Positions 25,243 through 38,329 of a stretch of DNA of 64,000 bases are shown here, piece after piece; the first letter of the stretch is position 1; each line of letters starts with the position of its first letter. Source of the stretch: Felis catus (lineage: Eukaryota); NCBI RefSeq assembly GCF_018350175.1, contig NC_058368.1:99450001-99514000 (forward strand), given 5' to 3'. Under the pieces are notes generated by a model, which was not told where the DNA came from, searched no databases, and saw nothing but the letters and a program-made list of their open reading frames with translations. The translations under genes and the position numbers were made by a program.

Positions 25243-25609
25243 TGTATTAATTTGCTGGGGCTGCCTTAACAAAGTCTCATAGACTGAGTGTCTTAAACAA
25301 GAGACATTTACTTTCTCACAGTTCTGGAAGCCAGAAGTCCAAAGTCAAGGTGTTGGGATTTGGGTTCTTTCTGAGACATTTTCCCTGGCAATCTTCTCCC
25401 TATGTTTTTGCACACGGACATGTCTGTGTCCTATTTACTCTTCTTATAAAGACACTGGTCCTAGTGGATTAAGGCCTACTCTGATGATTTCATGTTAGAC
25501 TAATGACTGCTTTAAAGGCCCTATCTCCAAATAAAGTTCGATTGTGAGGGCCTGGGTGTTAGGACTTCACCATATGTATTTAGGGAAGGATACTGCTCAG
25601 CCTATAACA
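25243..25609 (-). mobile_element. MaLR solo LTR (MLT1A/B/C-like)
   Basis: TG...CA termini; GGGCTGCCTTAACAAAG...TCTCACAGTTCTGGAAGCCAGAAGTCCAAAGTCAAGGTG, typical of antisense MLT1. Confidence 0.85.
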
Positions 25610-26154
25610 ATGACCCTGTGCTTTTTTTTAATGGGCCTGGGTTCTGCCCTCCAGCTGTGTGTTTCAGACCAGGATCACAGACCTTCATGAGATACACTGA
25701 CTGTGATAAACAGTATATCAGTTGTGATGCCTTATCACCCTTATTCAGGGTCAACCCAGGCCCCTCCATCATTTCTCTGTTCACACCTGACTCTAACAGG
25801 AGTGTGGGAATTTCTTTTTCCCAGTGATGGTGACACTCTAAAAATGCACATCTCCCAGTGCAGCTGTTTTCTGCCATGGGGGGAAAAAGCAGCTATAGTA
25901 GAAGAAAATAAAAACAGCATGCCTGTGTTAGCTGGGATGAGAAGCAGAGAAAGGGAGTCCTGACAGCTTTGCAATTAATTTCTGCAGGAGTCCCACACTT
26001 GCTTTGCTGTGTATTTTGGTTGTAGGAGCTAGTGAATTGTGTTTGTTTCCTTCTTTGTTTTTGCTAAGTTAATACATAAAATGGAATAACCTTGAATAAT
26101 CATTCAAGCTATATAAGCCTGTGGGTTTTAACCTTTCTTCTTTTTAGGTATATT

Positions 26155-26270
26155 GGATCTATGTATCTATACCTATATCATCTATATCTGTGTATATACA
26201 TATCTCTATCTCTATATCTGTATCTCTATATCTGTATCTGTACCTATATATCTATGTCTATTTATATATT
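26155..26270. repeat. Degenerate (TATATC/TATCTG)n simple repeat
   Basis: Direct reading. Confidence 0.85.
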
Positions 26271-26815
26271 GTACTTAATAATCTTTCAGCGTAGCAATGG
26301 AAAATAGGGAGACTTCTCTATTTTGGGTTCAGTTTGAAACCTAATTATTCAAAGTAAGTACATGTGGGGCAGAAAACACTATGTATCCACCACAATGTCA
26401 ATACATAAAATATTTAGTTAATCTGGAAGCAAACAGATTAAATAGATATTTCAGTACAATAATTTACAGTGTCAGAAAATAAAACTCTTTTATAACATGA
26501 AATGCACCTCTCACATACTCAGTTAATGTACATCTAATGTCAACTTAGAGGTTGTTCTTTTATTCTATAATCTGTGTACCTGGTAGAGTGAGGAACAGGA
26601 TGATTGGATTTATTAAGTATGCTTAAAGCCTGAAGCTGCTGCAAACATCACATTATCCCTTAAATTGAATATATTATACTAAGAAATGCCACATGCACAT
26701 AGTTCTCAAGTACTTATTTTCAAATATGAAAACCACTAAGATAATTTGTGCAAAAATTACATCAAATCTAATTTATATGTTATTTAATTCAGACATCAGT
26801 TCAAAATAATTCTAG

Positions 26816-27043
26816 ATTTTTTTTTTGGATTTTTGTTTAATGTGTTTATTTATTTTTGAGAAGAGAGAGACAGAACATGAGCAGGGAGGGGTAGAGAGAG
26901 AGAAGGAGACACAGAATCCAAGGCAGGCTCCAGGCTCTGAGCTGTCAGCCCAGAGCCTGACACAAGGCTCAAACTCACAAGCCATGAGATCATGACCTGA
27001 GCTGAAGCTGGACACTTAACCGACTGAGCCACCCAGGCTCCCC
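26816..27043 (-). mobile_element. Feline CanSINE
   Basis: Full antisense body; TSD AATA(A/G)TTCTAGA. Confidence 0.92.
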
Positions 27044-27239
27044 AATAGTTCTAGACTTTGAACATCATAAAAAGTATTAAATTCATCAGAATACTAGTGA
27101 ACATTAAAAAACCAGAATTATTTGTTAACAGGTACCTTGTTGCATACCTGTTGTGTATATCTGTAAGATCCAAATAGAAAGAGTGGAGAAAAAGTCCATC
27201 AGAAGAGAATATAAGAGAGACCTCTGAATTGAAACTACT

Positions 27240-27455
27240 TCCTGGGTGGCTCAGTCAGTTAAGTGTGCACCTCTTAATTTTGGCTCAGGTCATGATCTCA
27301 CAGATCATGATCTCACAGTTCACTTCATGAGATAAAGACCCAAGTCAGGCTCCTTGCTGTCCCTGTAGAGGCTACTTAGGATTCTCTCTCTGCCCCTCTC
27401 CTTGCTTATGTTCTCTTTCTCATCCTCTCTCAAAATAAATAACTAAGCATTAAGA
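27240..27455 (+). mobile_element. CanSINE with internal 14-bp duplication
   Basis: CCTGGGTGGCTCAGTCAG head; TCATGATCTCACAG occurs twice; tail expanded into AATAAGC-like units. Confidence 0.88.
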
Positions 27456-27999
27456 AAATGCAATAAGCATTAAGAAAATAAGCAATAAGAAATAAGCAAT
27501 AAGAAAATTTTCTTATTCTGAAAACTTGGAAAATACTTGTCTATTTTAGTAATACTGGTGGCAATAGCTTACTCATCTACCAAGTAATGCTTTATGAATC
27601 AGTTAAGCTTTATCACTAAAACCATATATAAAGGGGGTTACAATAAGCATTTTGGACTGCGAAGATAAAACATAAATATGAAAATGTTTATAACAGCACA
27701 TTAGAAGGGGAAGATGACACCTGGGGCATGGCAGAATTTCTAATATCCTCAAATGTCCACACAGAAAACAGTAAGGTTTGCAAACTTAAAAAATAAAATT
27801 ACAAGACTGAAAACAAGGATATATCAAAAAGAACATGAAATAACCTATTTAAGAGGCTAAAGGAAATAAAATGTGTGCCAAGGCCTTTACATGTAGAAAA
27901 CAAAATTGAATTACAGGTATGAAGGTCACAGGTACACTGTTATCCTGTATAAAAATCTCAGAGAATATTTAGGAAGATTCTCTTCATTGGTTTCTTAAA

Positions 28000-28160
28000 G
28001 CATTTCTTTTCAAACCTAGATCTGTGTAGGAATTCCTGGAGATCTTTTGGAAGTGTGGGTTGTGATTCAGTAGGTCTGGGGCAGGGTATGGAAATCAGCA
28101 TTTCAATAAGCAGCTTCAAGTAGTATAGTGCTCTTGGTCCATGGGCCATATTTGTACAGT
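28000..28160. mobile_element. MER5A-like hAT-Charlie relic
   Basis: GATTCAGTAGGTCTGGGGCAGGG...AATCAGCATTTC..AAGC, a motif I recall from MER5A. Confidence 0.65.
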
Positions 28161-28961
28161 GAAGACTTAGGTCCATGAACTGCATAACCGTCCTCCAAAG
28201 GGAATCCTTGTCTAAAATCACATAAATTACATTGCAGAAAAATCTTAAAAGCCTTCATACAATAATAATCACCTTCCTGGAAGGTGAATTATCTCCTGCA
28301 AATATATATTTTTCCTTTCAGGAGAGAAAATATTTGCTGCGCATATAGACAAAGACTCTCCTCAGCCAACTAAGCCCCATAGACCATGGCTTCATGGTTT
28401 GTTCTTGTTGGGCCTCCTGGATCACTAACAGCCAGAATCTAGGGAAGTCATTTTTGCAAGAATGCTCACCCTAGATGTCTGACACCCAATATATCCAAGA
28501 ACCCAAGAATGTTGTAACTGTGCTTATAATCTATTAAGAAGTAAACCAGGAGCATTTTTGCACTGTGAGTCTTCACAGTCAAAGCCAACCTGAACAAAGA
28601 AAGAAATGTTGAGCTGAGTCATTTCTAAGAAAACTAATACTTGAAAATATGCATAAATACTGAAAATTTGCAGTACTAGCAATAAAAGAATATGAATAAT
28701 TTTTTTAAAACAGAAATTAAATAATATATTTGAACACTAAAAAAACAACAGCAACTGAAACAACAGCAATCTTTGAAAACTGTTACTAGTGGGAAATAAT
28801 TTCGACCTCAAGTAACAAAGACAACCTGACAGGGACCTAAACAAGACAAATTGAATTTTCTCCCAGAACTGAGAGATCTGGAAATAGACTGTCGTAGATT
28901 TGGTTAAACTGTTCAAAGATGCCATCAAGGACACAACCTCTTCTTACTTCATGTCAAAAGG

Positions 28962-28966
<5 letters not shown>

Positions 28967-29007
<41 letters not shown>
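28967..29007. repeat. (CA)~20 microsatellite
   Basis: Direct reading; abuts an L1 3' fragment at 29015-29180(+). Confidence 0.97.
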
Positions 29008-29009
<2 letters not shown>

Positions 29010-29477
29010 CTATTAACTATAGAGAATAAACCGTTGGTTACCAACAGGGATATGGATAGGATGAGTGAAATAGGTGAAGGGGTTAAAAGTACACTTACCT
29101 TGATAAGCATGGATTAATTTATGGAAAGTAAAATAGCACTGTGTGTTAACTACCCTGGAATGAAAAGAGAAAAAGGGGAAAAGGGAGTTCAGTAGGAACA
29201 AAGAAGAATGAGACAACTCTTAGTCTTTTCCTCCTTTTCCTCCTCCTCCTTCTTCTTCAAGCAAGTGAAAACTTTAACACAACCACCTCTTGCCTGGAGA
29301 GGTCCTCTTTTGTTTCTTTCTGTCTCTCTCTAGATACACAGGAAACAGGAAATGACCAAAAAAGAAGTCATGTCTTAAGATCAACACTTATATGTAAGAT
29401 CAGAGGAAAGTAGCCTAGGATAGTGAGATGCTCCATGGTGTCTCCGTATCCAGATCCTTTCTTCATGGTGCTGGGCT

Positions 29478-29720
29478 AGATATCAGTGAACAATGGTCTT
29501 TGGGCCAATCCAGATGACCATCTGCTTTTGTAAACTTTTATTAGAGCATAGCTACATCTATTGGCTTCTATATTGTCTGTGATAACCTCCCCACCCCGCA
29601 CTCCCCCCCCCCCCACCACTACAATGGCAGAGTAGATTTAACTGAGACTATGTGGACAGACTAGAAAGTTTAAAACGTTGATTCTGTAGCCCTGGAAAGA
29701 AAAGGTTTGCCAATGCCTCT
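29478..29720. mobile_element. MER58A-like hAT relic
   Basis: TTTTGTAAACTTTTATTAGAGCATAGC...CTACAATGGCAGAGT...GAAAAGGTTTGCCAA; internal C-run. Confidence 0.7.
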
Positions 29721-30084
29721 GTGCAGCCATCTTTAGCACAAGGCTGTCTTTCATGGTTCAAGGGTTTTTTGAGTTCCACACTACATGTTCATCTTCAAAG
29801 TAGCTTTAAAACAAGTGGGGCAAAGATTATAATTCCTTTTCTCTATCAGAGTACCCCATGTGTGTCCCTTGTGGTTCTTTGGCTGCCTGTGACTTTGTGA
29901 GAAATTAATCATGTAGCCACGATGGGAAATGTGAACTTACATGTCAAGATTCTCCCAAAATGGCAGCTTCAAATAGCCTCTGCTTTAAACTGTAGACAGT
30001 CACAAACTCCTTGTTTAGTCTTTGGGTCTTGACCATGTAAAATGTACATTTCACACTCCTAGTGTGAAAAAAAAATTTTTTTAA

Positions 30085-30435
30085 TGGAATAGAAGGGAAG
30101 AGGTGAAAATGGTCAAAGGACAAGAACTTCCAGTTATAAGATTAAAGAGTTCTGGGGATGAAACATGCATCATGGTGACTACAGTCACCAGTACTCTGTA
30201 TACTTGAAAGTTGCTGAGAGTAGGACATAAGAATTGTCATCACAAGAAATTAAGATTGTAACCACGTGAAGAGATGGATGTTAACAAAACTTGCTGTGGT
30301 CATCATTTTGCAGTCTGTACATCTATCATTATGATGTACACCTTGAACCAACACAATCTTATGTGCCAATTATATCTATAAACTGAAAAAAATGAAGAGA
30401 CAGAAGGAGAAATAAAATAATAAAAATAAAAACGT
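30085..30435 (+). mobile_element. L1M 3' end fragment
   Basis: AACTTCCAGTTATAAGATT...TACTTGAAAGTTGCT...TGTACACCTTGAAC typical of L1MA/MB 3'UTR. Confidence 0.82.
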
Positions 30436-30864
30436 AGAAGATCTCTAGAAGTAGAACACATAAATAGCTCCTATCATCCTTTTTTTCTGCCACTGGTCAC
30501 AAGGCAACAATGTATTCTTTGAATATTTCCTTGTTTGTCATTTTGGCTCTCTGGCTTAGTTTACCTAAGTCCTTATCCTGAAGGATAGAAATTCTTCACG
30601 ATCCTTCTTGTATTGAATTTCTACAGTCTTTCATCAACGTTAACCACTGAATATGGCAGGGGGAGGAGATGCCCCAGAGGATCCCCTAGATGTCAAATAC
30701 AGAGGCATTTATACAGATAGGTATAAAAAATATGTAGATGGAAATTGGGTGTTCTCTGTGGAGGTGCTGTTAACATTATGAGCTTGATAATACCCATTTC
30801 TTGGAAAAGTATGTGCAAACCTGCTACTCTGTTTCTCTATTTTGGTATGTTTGGCTTTACATTT

Positions 30865-31200
30865 TTTAAAAAATTTAGTTCCAGTATGGTTAGCATACAG
30901 TATTCTACTTCAGATGTACAATATAGTGATTCAACAATTCTATAAATTACTCAGTGCTCATCACAATATTTTTAATCCCCTTCACCTATTTCACTCCTTC
31001 CTAACTTCCCTCAGGTAACCGTCCATTCTCTATAATTAAGACTCTTTCTTGGCTTGTCTGGGTTTTTTCCCCCTTTTTTCATTTATTCTTTTTCTTAAAT
31101 TACACATATGAGTGAAATCATACCGTATTTGTCTTTCTCTGACTTGTTTCACCTAGCATTATAGTCGTTAGATCCATCCATTATGTCATGGGTGAATATT
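30865..31200 (-). mobile_element. L1 3' end fragment
   Basis: CATATGAGTGAAATCATACCGTATTTGTCTTTCTCTGAC. Confidence 0.85.
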
Positions 31201-31224
31201 ACTCCTGTTATATTTATTTATAAT

Positions 31225-31937
31225 TTTTAAAAATTTTTTAAATGTTTATTTTTGAGAGAGAGAGAGACAGTATGAGTGTGGGAGGGGCGGAGAGAGAGAA
31301 GACACATGGAATCCGAAGCAGGCTCTAGGCTCTGAGCTGTCAGCACAGAGCCTGACACGGGGCTTGAACTCATAAACTATGAGATCATGACCTGAGCCAA
31401 AGTCTGACATTTAACTGACTGAGCCACCCAGGCGCCCCTACTCCTGTTATGTTTAGTGATGCTTTGTTTTTCATAGATAGATAGATGGATGGAGACCTCA
31501 AAAGAGTTTATTTTGTTTTTTTAAAGTTTATTCTTTTGTGGTGGGGGGAGAGGGGCAGAAACAGGGAGAGAAAGAAAGAATCCCAAGCAAGCTCCGCACT
31601 GTCAGCACAGGGCCCAACACGGGGCTCCAACTCAAAAAGGTGGCATCATGACCTGAGCTGAAACTGAGTCAGATGTTTAACCAACTGAGCCACCCAGGTG
31701 CCCCTCAACATTTTTATTATTATTATTTTTTAATGTTTTATTTTTTATTTTTGGGACAGAGAGAGACAGAGCATGAACGGGGGAGGGGCAGAGAGAGAGG
31801 GAGACACAGAATCGGAAACAGGCTCCAGGCTCTGAGCCATCAGCCCAGAGCCTGACGCGGGGCTCAAACTCAAGAACCGCGAGATCGTGACCTGGCTGAA
31901 GTCGGACACTTAACCGACTGCGCCACCCAGGCGCCCC
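31225..31937 (-). mobile_element. Cluster of three antisense CanSINEs (31225-31438, 31510-31705, young SINEC_Fc 31710-31937)
   Basis: Three consecutive bodies; TSD TACTCCTGTTAT around the first. Confidence 0.92.
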
Positions 31938-32172
31938 AGCATTTTTAAATGCCTGTTTTACTGTATATCTGCACACCCTTTACTAGTAAAATAGGCATTT
32001 AGAAATCTTGGTATCTATACCAGCTCTTTGAAGTTATGTAGTATACATAGACGTTTGTGACAAAGGTTACAAGTCTAGAGAAATAGAGATGACAGACTGC
32101 GATGTAGCAGATAGTAATCTGCATATTTTTAGTATAAAGTCATTGCTTCGCTTTTTTTTTTAACTTCTTTAG

Positions 32173-32291
32173 GTCTCTATTCGTTCCCCTTACCACCTTC
32201 AACAGAGAAGAAGACCATTTTTGTGGGCCAGCGTCAACAAACAGGAAATTTCTTATTTCAGCTGAATGTCAAGGAGGGGAGCAAACAAGCT
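32173..32291 (+). other. Candidate internal exon (119 nt) of an unidentified transcript
   Basis: TTTTTTTTTTAACTTCTTTAG acceptor and GCT|GTAAGT donor; two of three frames open; no recognisable protein. Confidence 0.35.
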
Positions 32292-34992
32292 GTAAGTACT
32301 TACCCCTTCTTTCAGTATGAGATTTTCTACATATTCATTTGAAAAGATCATTGAAAAGGATGAGCTGCCACTTCAGTGGTATTGACTCAGAATAGAGTTG
32401 GAAACAGAATGTGCCAACAACATAGAAAAATTGAGTAGGTAGGAAACTGTATCCTTGCTCCTGTAGAACAACAGAGTCGGGTGGTTGTGAATGGCAGTAG
32501 CCTTGCAGGATGGATTATGAACTGGTGCTAAAGGACCATCCATTCTCAGTAGGAGCCTCTGATTTATTTGTCAAGAACATAAAGTGTACACAAGTGAATT
32601 GGTGTTTGGGTATCTCTGGTTATATTACAAACCCTCCCAGGACTTAATGGTTTTAAGGCACCATTTATTTTCACCTGTGCTTTGGTGAGTCAGGAGTTTG
32701 GAGAGAACTTCTCTGATGGCTTCCTTTCTGATTCGCAAGGTGTCTGTTGCATGAGCTGGGGGTAAGGAATCGGCTTCCAAAGTGGTTTCTTCCCTTTTCT
32801 CCAGGATTAGACAAAACTAGACAGAAGAATAAAGTTTAAACAAACTTTATGAACATTGACAAAAATCTGAAATAAGGACTTAAACATATAAGTATGCCCA
32901 CTTTAAATAATATCAATAAATATCAATAAAATTATCAATTAACATATTTTATCTCAGGAATGGAATAGGATTATCTCATTCTTTAGATATCTATGAATAG
33001 AGTTTACAATAGAAGGGTAAGTATGATAAAATTCATATGATCATCTTGATGGATGTTTAAGAATTTGGTAATATTTCTAAATAAATAACGTATCTAACCT
33101 ATCTAACCAAAAGTCATATCAAATGATAGGAAAAAATGAAAATATTTTACACATAAAGTTTAAAATTATTGCATTACTACTGTGATTTTACTGTGACGGG
33201 TTTTAGAGGTTTTAACAAGATTCTGCAACTTTCATCAATTTTCTTCAGACATATAAACTACTAAGTTTTTGACTCTATTGTAGCCTTGCTCTTTCACACC
33301 TCCATTCATTATTTGCATTTATCTTTTCTGGTTTTTCTGACTGGGGACTTCTAAATCCCCATCCACTTCTCAGCACACGTTTTATCCCTTGACTCCTTCA
33401 GAGTTGTTAAGTTCATTCTCTCTGACCCTGTTCTGTAATGCTCTTGAGATTGAATTGTAATTATGTCTTAATGTCAGTTTTTTCCCCCACCAGAATAAGT
33501 GCTCTTTGAGGGCAGGGGCAAAACATTAATCATTGCATACCTGAAATTTAACACAGTGAGTGGTGAATTGTAGGGCTTAAATGTGGGCTTTTAAAACTAT
33601 AGATAAATCTAGACGGTTTACATGATGCTTTTAAAGGAACTTGATGTTTTTCTCTTCAAAATCTTGATATGTTTCTCTGTGAAATTACATGGTGTTATTG
33701 TGTGTCATATATATCAATTTACGGTTCTTACATTTTAGATGTAATAAAAGGTCACATACTCCCTCCTGTGTGGTGATGGAAAAATGACTGTCATTGTCTT
33801 GTAAGTAAATAATTATTTCTGTTAGGTCATCTATTATCTCAAGTATCAGTTAATATATATTAGCAAAGGAAGATGGTTTTCAATAACCACCTTTAGAAAG
33901 GCAATAAAAGTACCTCTAAAAGGCAGCACATGCAGAAAAATACCGTGTATTTAAAAAGAGATTGGACATAGGATGGTTTACAAAAGTGATTTGACAGATT
34001 ATCTTCAATAGGTAGATACATACGTATAATGTATGTGTAGTATAAAATTGTATATATAATATACATGGTATATTTATAGTAGAAATATGCTTTATATTTT
34101 ATTCTATAAGGCATGCACTGTGAATATTCTGTATATAATATATACGCTGTCCATACATTGTAGTAAACCTGTGTGTGTATATATGTGCACAGATGATATA
34201 TCACACGCTTATTATTCAACTTGAAAGAAAAATGATTCATTTCCCCTCCTAGTATGATTGTCACATTATGCTCTTGCTTGGTTTCTTCAAATTATGGTAT
34301 GAAACATTTGATATCATTGAGATAAGTGGGGATGTATCAAGGTTAATGATCCTGTCTATTGATAGTGAGGAAATTCATAGAGAAAAAAAATCTGCCTAGG
34401 TAGGCTTTGGAAGTGGCAGTCTAAAGTAAGGGTGAGCACGTAAGAAGAACCGTGAGGATGACTTGAGCTGATTAGCTACTGTCCACGTGAGCTTATTTGA
34501 CCACAGTGTTGTCCCGTTGGGTAAAGCCTCAGCCTCATGCCATGGCATCTTGGTAGCAGACACCTGCGCCCCTTTCCTCTTTATGGCACCTCTGCAATTA
34601 TGGCTGACTCCAAGCCAGGTTAAGACGTCCCACAAGTCGTGTGAACATGGTGGAAGACTTTGAATTCTCATACAGCATTATTGCCCTGGACGTTAATACA
34701 TTAATACTCTTGAAAGATCACACCCACAGATAACCTTCAGAAACTGAAAACTGTTCTCAGATTTTCATGGTAGTGTACATTCAATTTAATGGTTTTCTCA
34801 TTACCTAAAGCACAACCGTTTCATTGAAAACGATGTACTTAAATTCTTTTTGAACAAAATTATCTTATTGGCATCATTCATGTGGGATATATCAATAGAG
34901 GCTATTGCTTTTAGAAAAAAAATTAAAGTAGAAAAGGACAGGGCAATATTTGTGCCTTCTGACTCATCCTTGAAAATATGACAGATTCCTCA

Positions 34993-35205
34993 GGGCATCT
35001 GGGTGGCTCAGCTGGTTAAGTTTCCGACTTGGACTCAGATCATGGTCTCACGGTTCACAGGTCAGAGCCCTGCATCAGGCTCTGTGCTGACAGCTCAGAG
35101 CCTGGAGCCTGCTTTGGATTCTGTGTCTCCCTCTTCTCTGTCCCTTCCTTCCTCCCTCCCTCATGCTCTATCTCTGAAAAATAAATGTTAAAAAATTTTT
35201 AAAGA
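34993..35205 (+). mobile_element. Feline CanSINE
   Basis: Full body; TSD GAAAATATGACA(G/T)ATTCC. Confidence 0.92.
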
Positions 35206-35978
35206 AAATATGACATATTCCACTTTTTTTTTCTTACCATGAACATTGGTTAAAAAAAAAAAGTAAAAGAAAAAAAAAGAGCCAATAGGATGCCATGGAA
35301 TACAAAGCGATTTTATCAGTTTATGTCCATTTAGAAACATGCACTATCAAAACACAGTGTAGCTCTCCCTTGTAACATGATTCTGCTTGAATCTTGAATG
35401 GAACAAACACGAAAAGAGTTTGAACAGAATTCCAAGAGTGCAGAGATACAGTTTCCAGGGAAATAAGCCATTACAACTGCACTACAGTTTATTTTGTGCT
35501 ATAAAACTGGGGAAAAAAAAACTCTTCTAATTCCCATAACCTATTGAGGTACACCAGATCCACATGTTTATTTACAGATCTTTGGGTGATAGGTATAGAT
35601 TCTTTTCCCAGATAACTGTACTTTATAAATCATAATCTGACCAATCATAAATTGACCAGTTTTACATGTAATCTTCTGTAATCCATTTGCAAGAGTTAAA
35701 TAATCAAGGGTTGTTTTAGGGGCTTATGTACCAGGCTTGGGGCCCTTTGAAGTATGGGAGTACCTAAATCCTTCTAGATTAAATGACCTGGGCCAACACA
35801 GACAAAACTAGAATGGATGCAGGCATGCTTCCCTTATAATGAGGATCTGGAAGACCCCTGGCCCGTCATCCTTCAGTGTATATTCATCGACTTGCTTCCA
35901 GAAATATATGGGAATTTAGGATACATCCAACAGGCCAGAGAATAAGTCTTAATGATTTGAGTTGAAACCTATAAAGCA

Positions 35979-36156
35979 GGGTGCCTGGGTGGCTCAGTAG
36001 GTTAAGCACCTGACTTTTGATTTCAGCTCAGGTCATGATGTCTTGGTTCTTGAGACCAAGTCCCATGTCGGGCTCTGTGCTGACATTGCAGAGCCTGCTT
36101 GGGTTTCTCTCTCTGCCTCTCTCTGCCCCTTCCCTGCTTGTTACCATGCTCGCTCA

Positions 36157-36208
<52 letters not shown>

Positions 36209-36468
36209 AAATAAATAAATATTCAAACTGTTTTAAAAAGTTTTTGTGGTTTGATTACTACCATTTGTTACTCTATTTACTTATTTATGTTGTGAGTTCA
36301 AGTCCCGCATCATGTTCTGTGGTAACAGTCCGTGGGATTCTCGCTCTCTCTCTCTCCTGCTCCTCCTCCTCCTCCTCCTCCTCCTCCTCCTCCTCCTGCT
36401 CCTCCTCGTCCTCCCCAGCTTGTGCACTCTCTCTCTGTCAAGATAAATAAATAAACTTGAAAAAAAAA
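35979..36468 (+). mobile_element. SINE + spacer + 5'-truncated SINE composite
   Basis: SINE 35979-36220 with (CT)n; partial SINE 36289-36468 with (TCC)n expansion; shared TSD-like AAACCTATAA. Confidence 0.85.
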
Positions 36469-38329
36469 CCTATAATACATTGTGCAGAAATTTCCTTTTC
36501 AAGTTCGCCATAGTAAACACAAGTAAATACATATTGATAATCCTCTCTTGCTACCACTAATTCACTGGGATGAGATTTGCATGATGCTGAGAATTAAGAC
36601 TTTGAAATTGATACTTACTCTTTTGAGCCTCTAAGTACTATTCAACCTGCTCACAATGATCTATGCACAAGAACGATAAATGGACTGAAAGGAAAACCTG
36701 ACTACTCCAAACAGACTATTTTCAGTCCATAATTTTGTTTGAATGAGGGCCTCTTTTTTTAAGTAATTATTTTCTTTGTCCTTTTTAAATTTTCAAGAAC
36801 TTCTAGTGAATGAGGACTATTGCATATCATGTAAGATGTGGGGTACTTGGGATGGCTTGCTGAAGAATAACATGACTCACAAAGATCAAAACAATTTTGA
36901 TGATCTATAGCAGCTTCTTCAGTGTGCAGTTGAGTAAAGATAGGAGCCCCCTTGTCTGCGTTAGTTTTCAAGAGAACTCAAGACTGTTTGGGGAATAAAG
37001 CTGGGGAATAAAATGCTTCTGTGCTAGAAAAAGAGGAAAACAAATAGAATATAATAAAAAATAGGAAATGGTTGACCTAACCGAGAGAAGCTCACAACTG
37101 ACTTGACTGAAAACCCGGAAGATAAAGAAAAATAAATCGGAAAAACTATTCAGAAGCTTATTATGTCATACCTAAGAAGAAAGTGACTTTGATTAATACT
37201 GACAAGGACTCATTAAGCTGAATATGTGTTATCTTTTTCATAAATTTGCAGACATGAAGAAAGTCAGACCCGTTTCCCCATTCAGGAATATAGCATTTTG
37301 TTCTACAGACAGGCTTCGAGAATTGTACTGTGGAGCATAACAATATTCATAGATGAAATAAGAGGCCAAATGACATCCTCGCAGCCCAATTTATAGAAAG
37401 GTGGAAGAGCCCTGGTTTCACCCTGACAAAAAAAGGAAAAAAAAAAAAGGTCAGATAATCAGCAGAGTCATAATTGTCCTTGAATGGCTTCCGTGAGGTC
37501 ATGTGGCCGGGCAAATAGCTAATCTGAAATTGCACAATAAGCAGCTTCGAAGAGAATTAAACACAAGCCCCAGTTTACCTATGGTAGGGCAAAGAGGAAA
37601 ACCTGGCTGCAATGCATGGAGAAAAAAATGGGGTAAGAGTTTTAAGAAATTGCTGAAGATTGAATGCGGTCTATCAGGAAATTGTAGAAGTCATGGATAG
37701 AGCAGGTGAAAGGGGAGTTTGTGTCCACTTATGGGTTATGGACCATACTAGGTATTCGGGAGAAATCCTAAGGACAGTGCTGGATCCTGGAGAAAGCTCC
37801 ACATGGTGGGCTAGTCTGGAAGACGGGACCAGCTCCCAGTGTAGGAGATGCCAAAACCTTGGATAGATCCTCCTCCTGTATAGACAAAATCCTTCTGGCC
37901 CCTTGCCTGCCTTAGGGCAGCAGGTGAAGATGTAAAGCAGCAAGGGAAAGAAAAAGAAACTTCTCATTGGCAGTGTTCCTCTGGAGTTTTCTTGTGATAA
38001 TGATGGGTGTTGGTTTGGCAGAGTTTTCTCTGTTTTCCTGTTCACCCCTGACTTGAAGCCACGTCAATGCACCTGGACATCAGAGCATGTCTCCCTCCAC
38101 ATTCGTTCACTCACCAGTGGTCTTGCTTTTCACTTAGTGTTTATTAGCCTAGTGGAAGATTTTTTGAGGATAGGGAACCTGAGCTCCCTGGGTAAGGCTT
38201 TCTCTACAACCTACCCTTCTCCTAACAGCACTACCTCAAATGGTCAGGGCCCAAGGTGAAAGAATTAGCACCTGGGGAGCAAAGGATTCTAGACCACAGG
38301 AACTGTCAGTACAAGGACTTAGGATAGGG

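Noticed and set aside
29588..29619. G-quadruplex-capable C/G run
   Set aside because: A homopolymer expansion inside a MER58-like relic; nothing suggests function
33893..34264. 123-aa Tyr-rich ORF
   Set aside because: Low-complexity TA/TG-rich sequence; no convincing splice or codon signal
36043..36450. 135-aa Ser/Leu-rich ORF
   Set aside because: Produced by (CT)n and (TCC)n repeats inside SINEs
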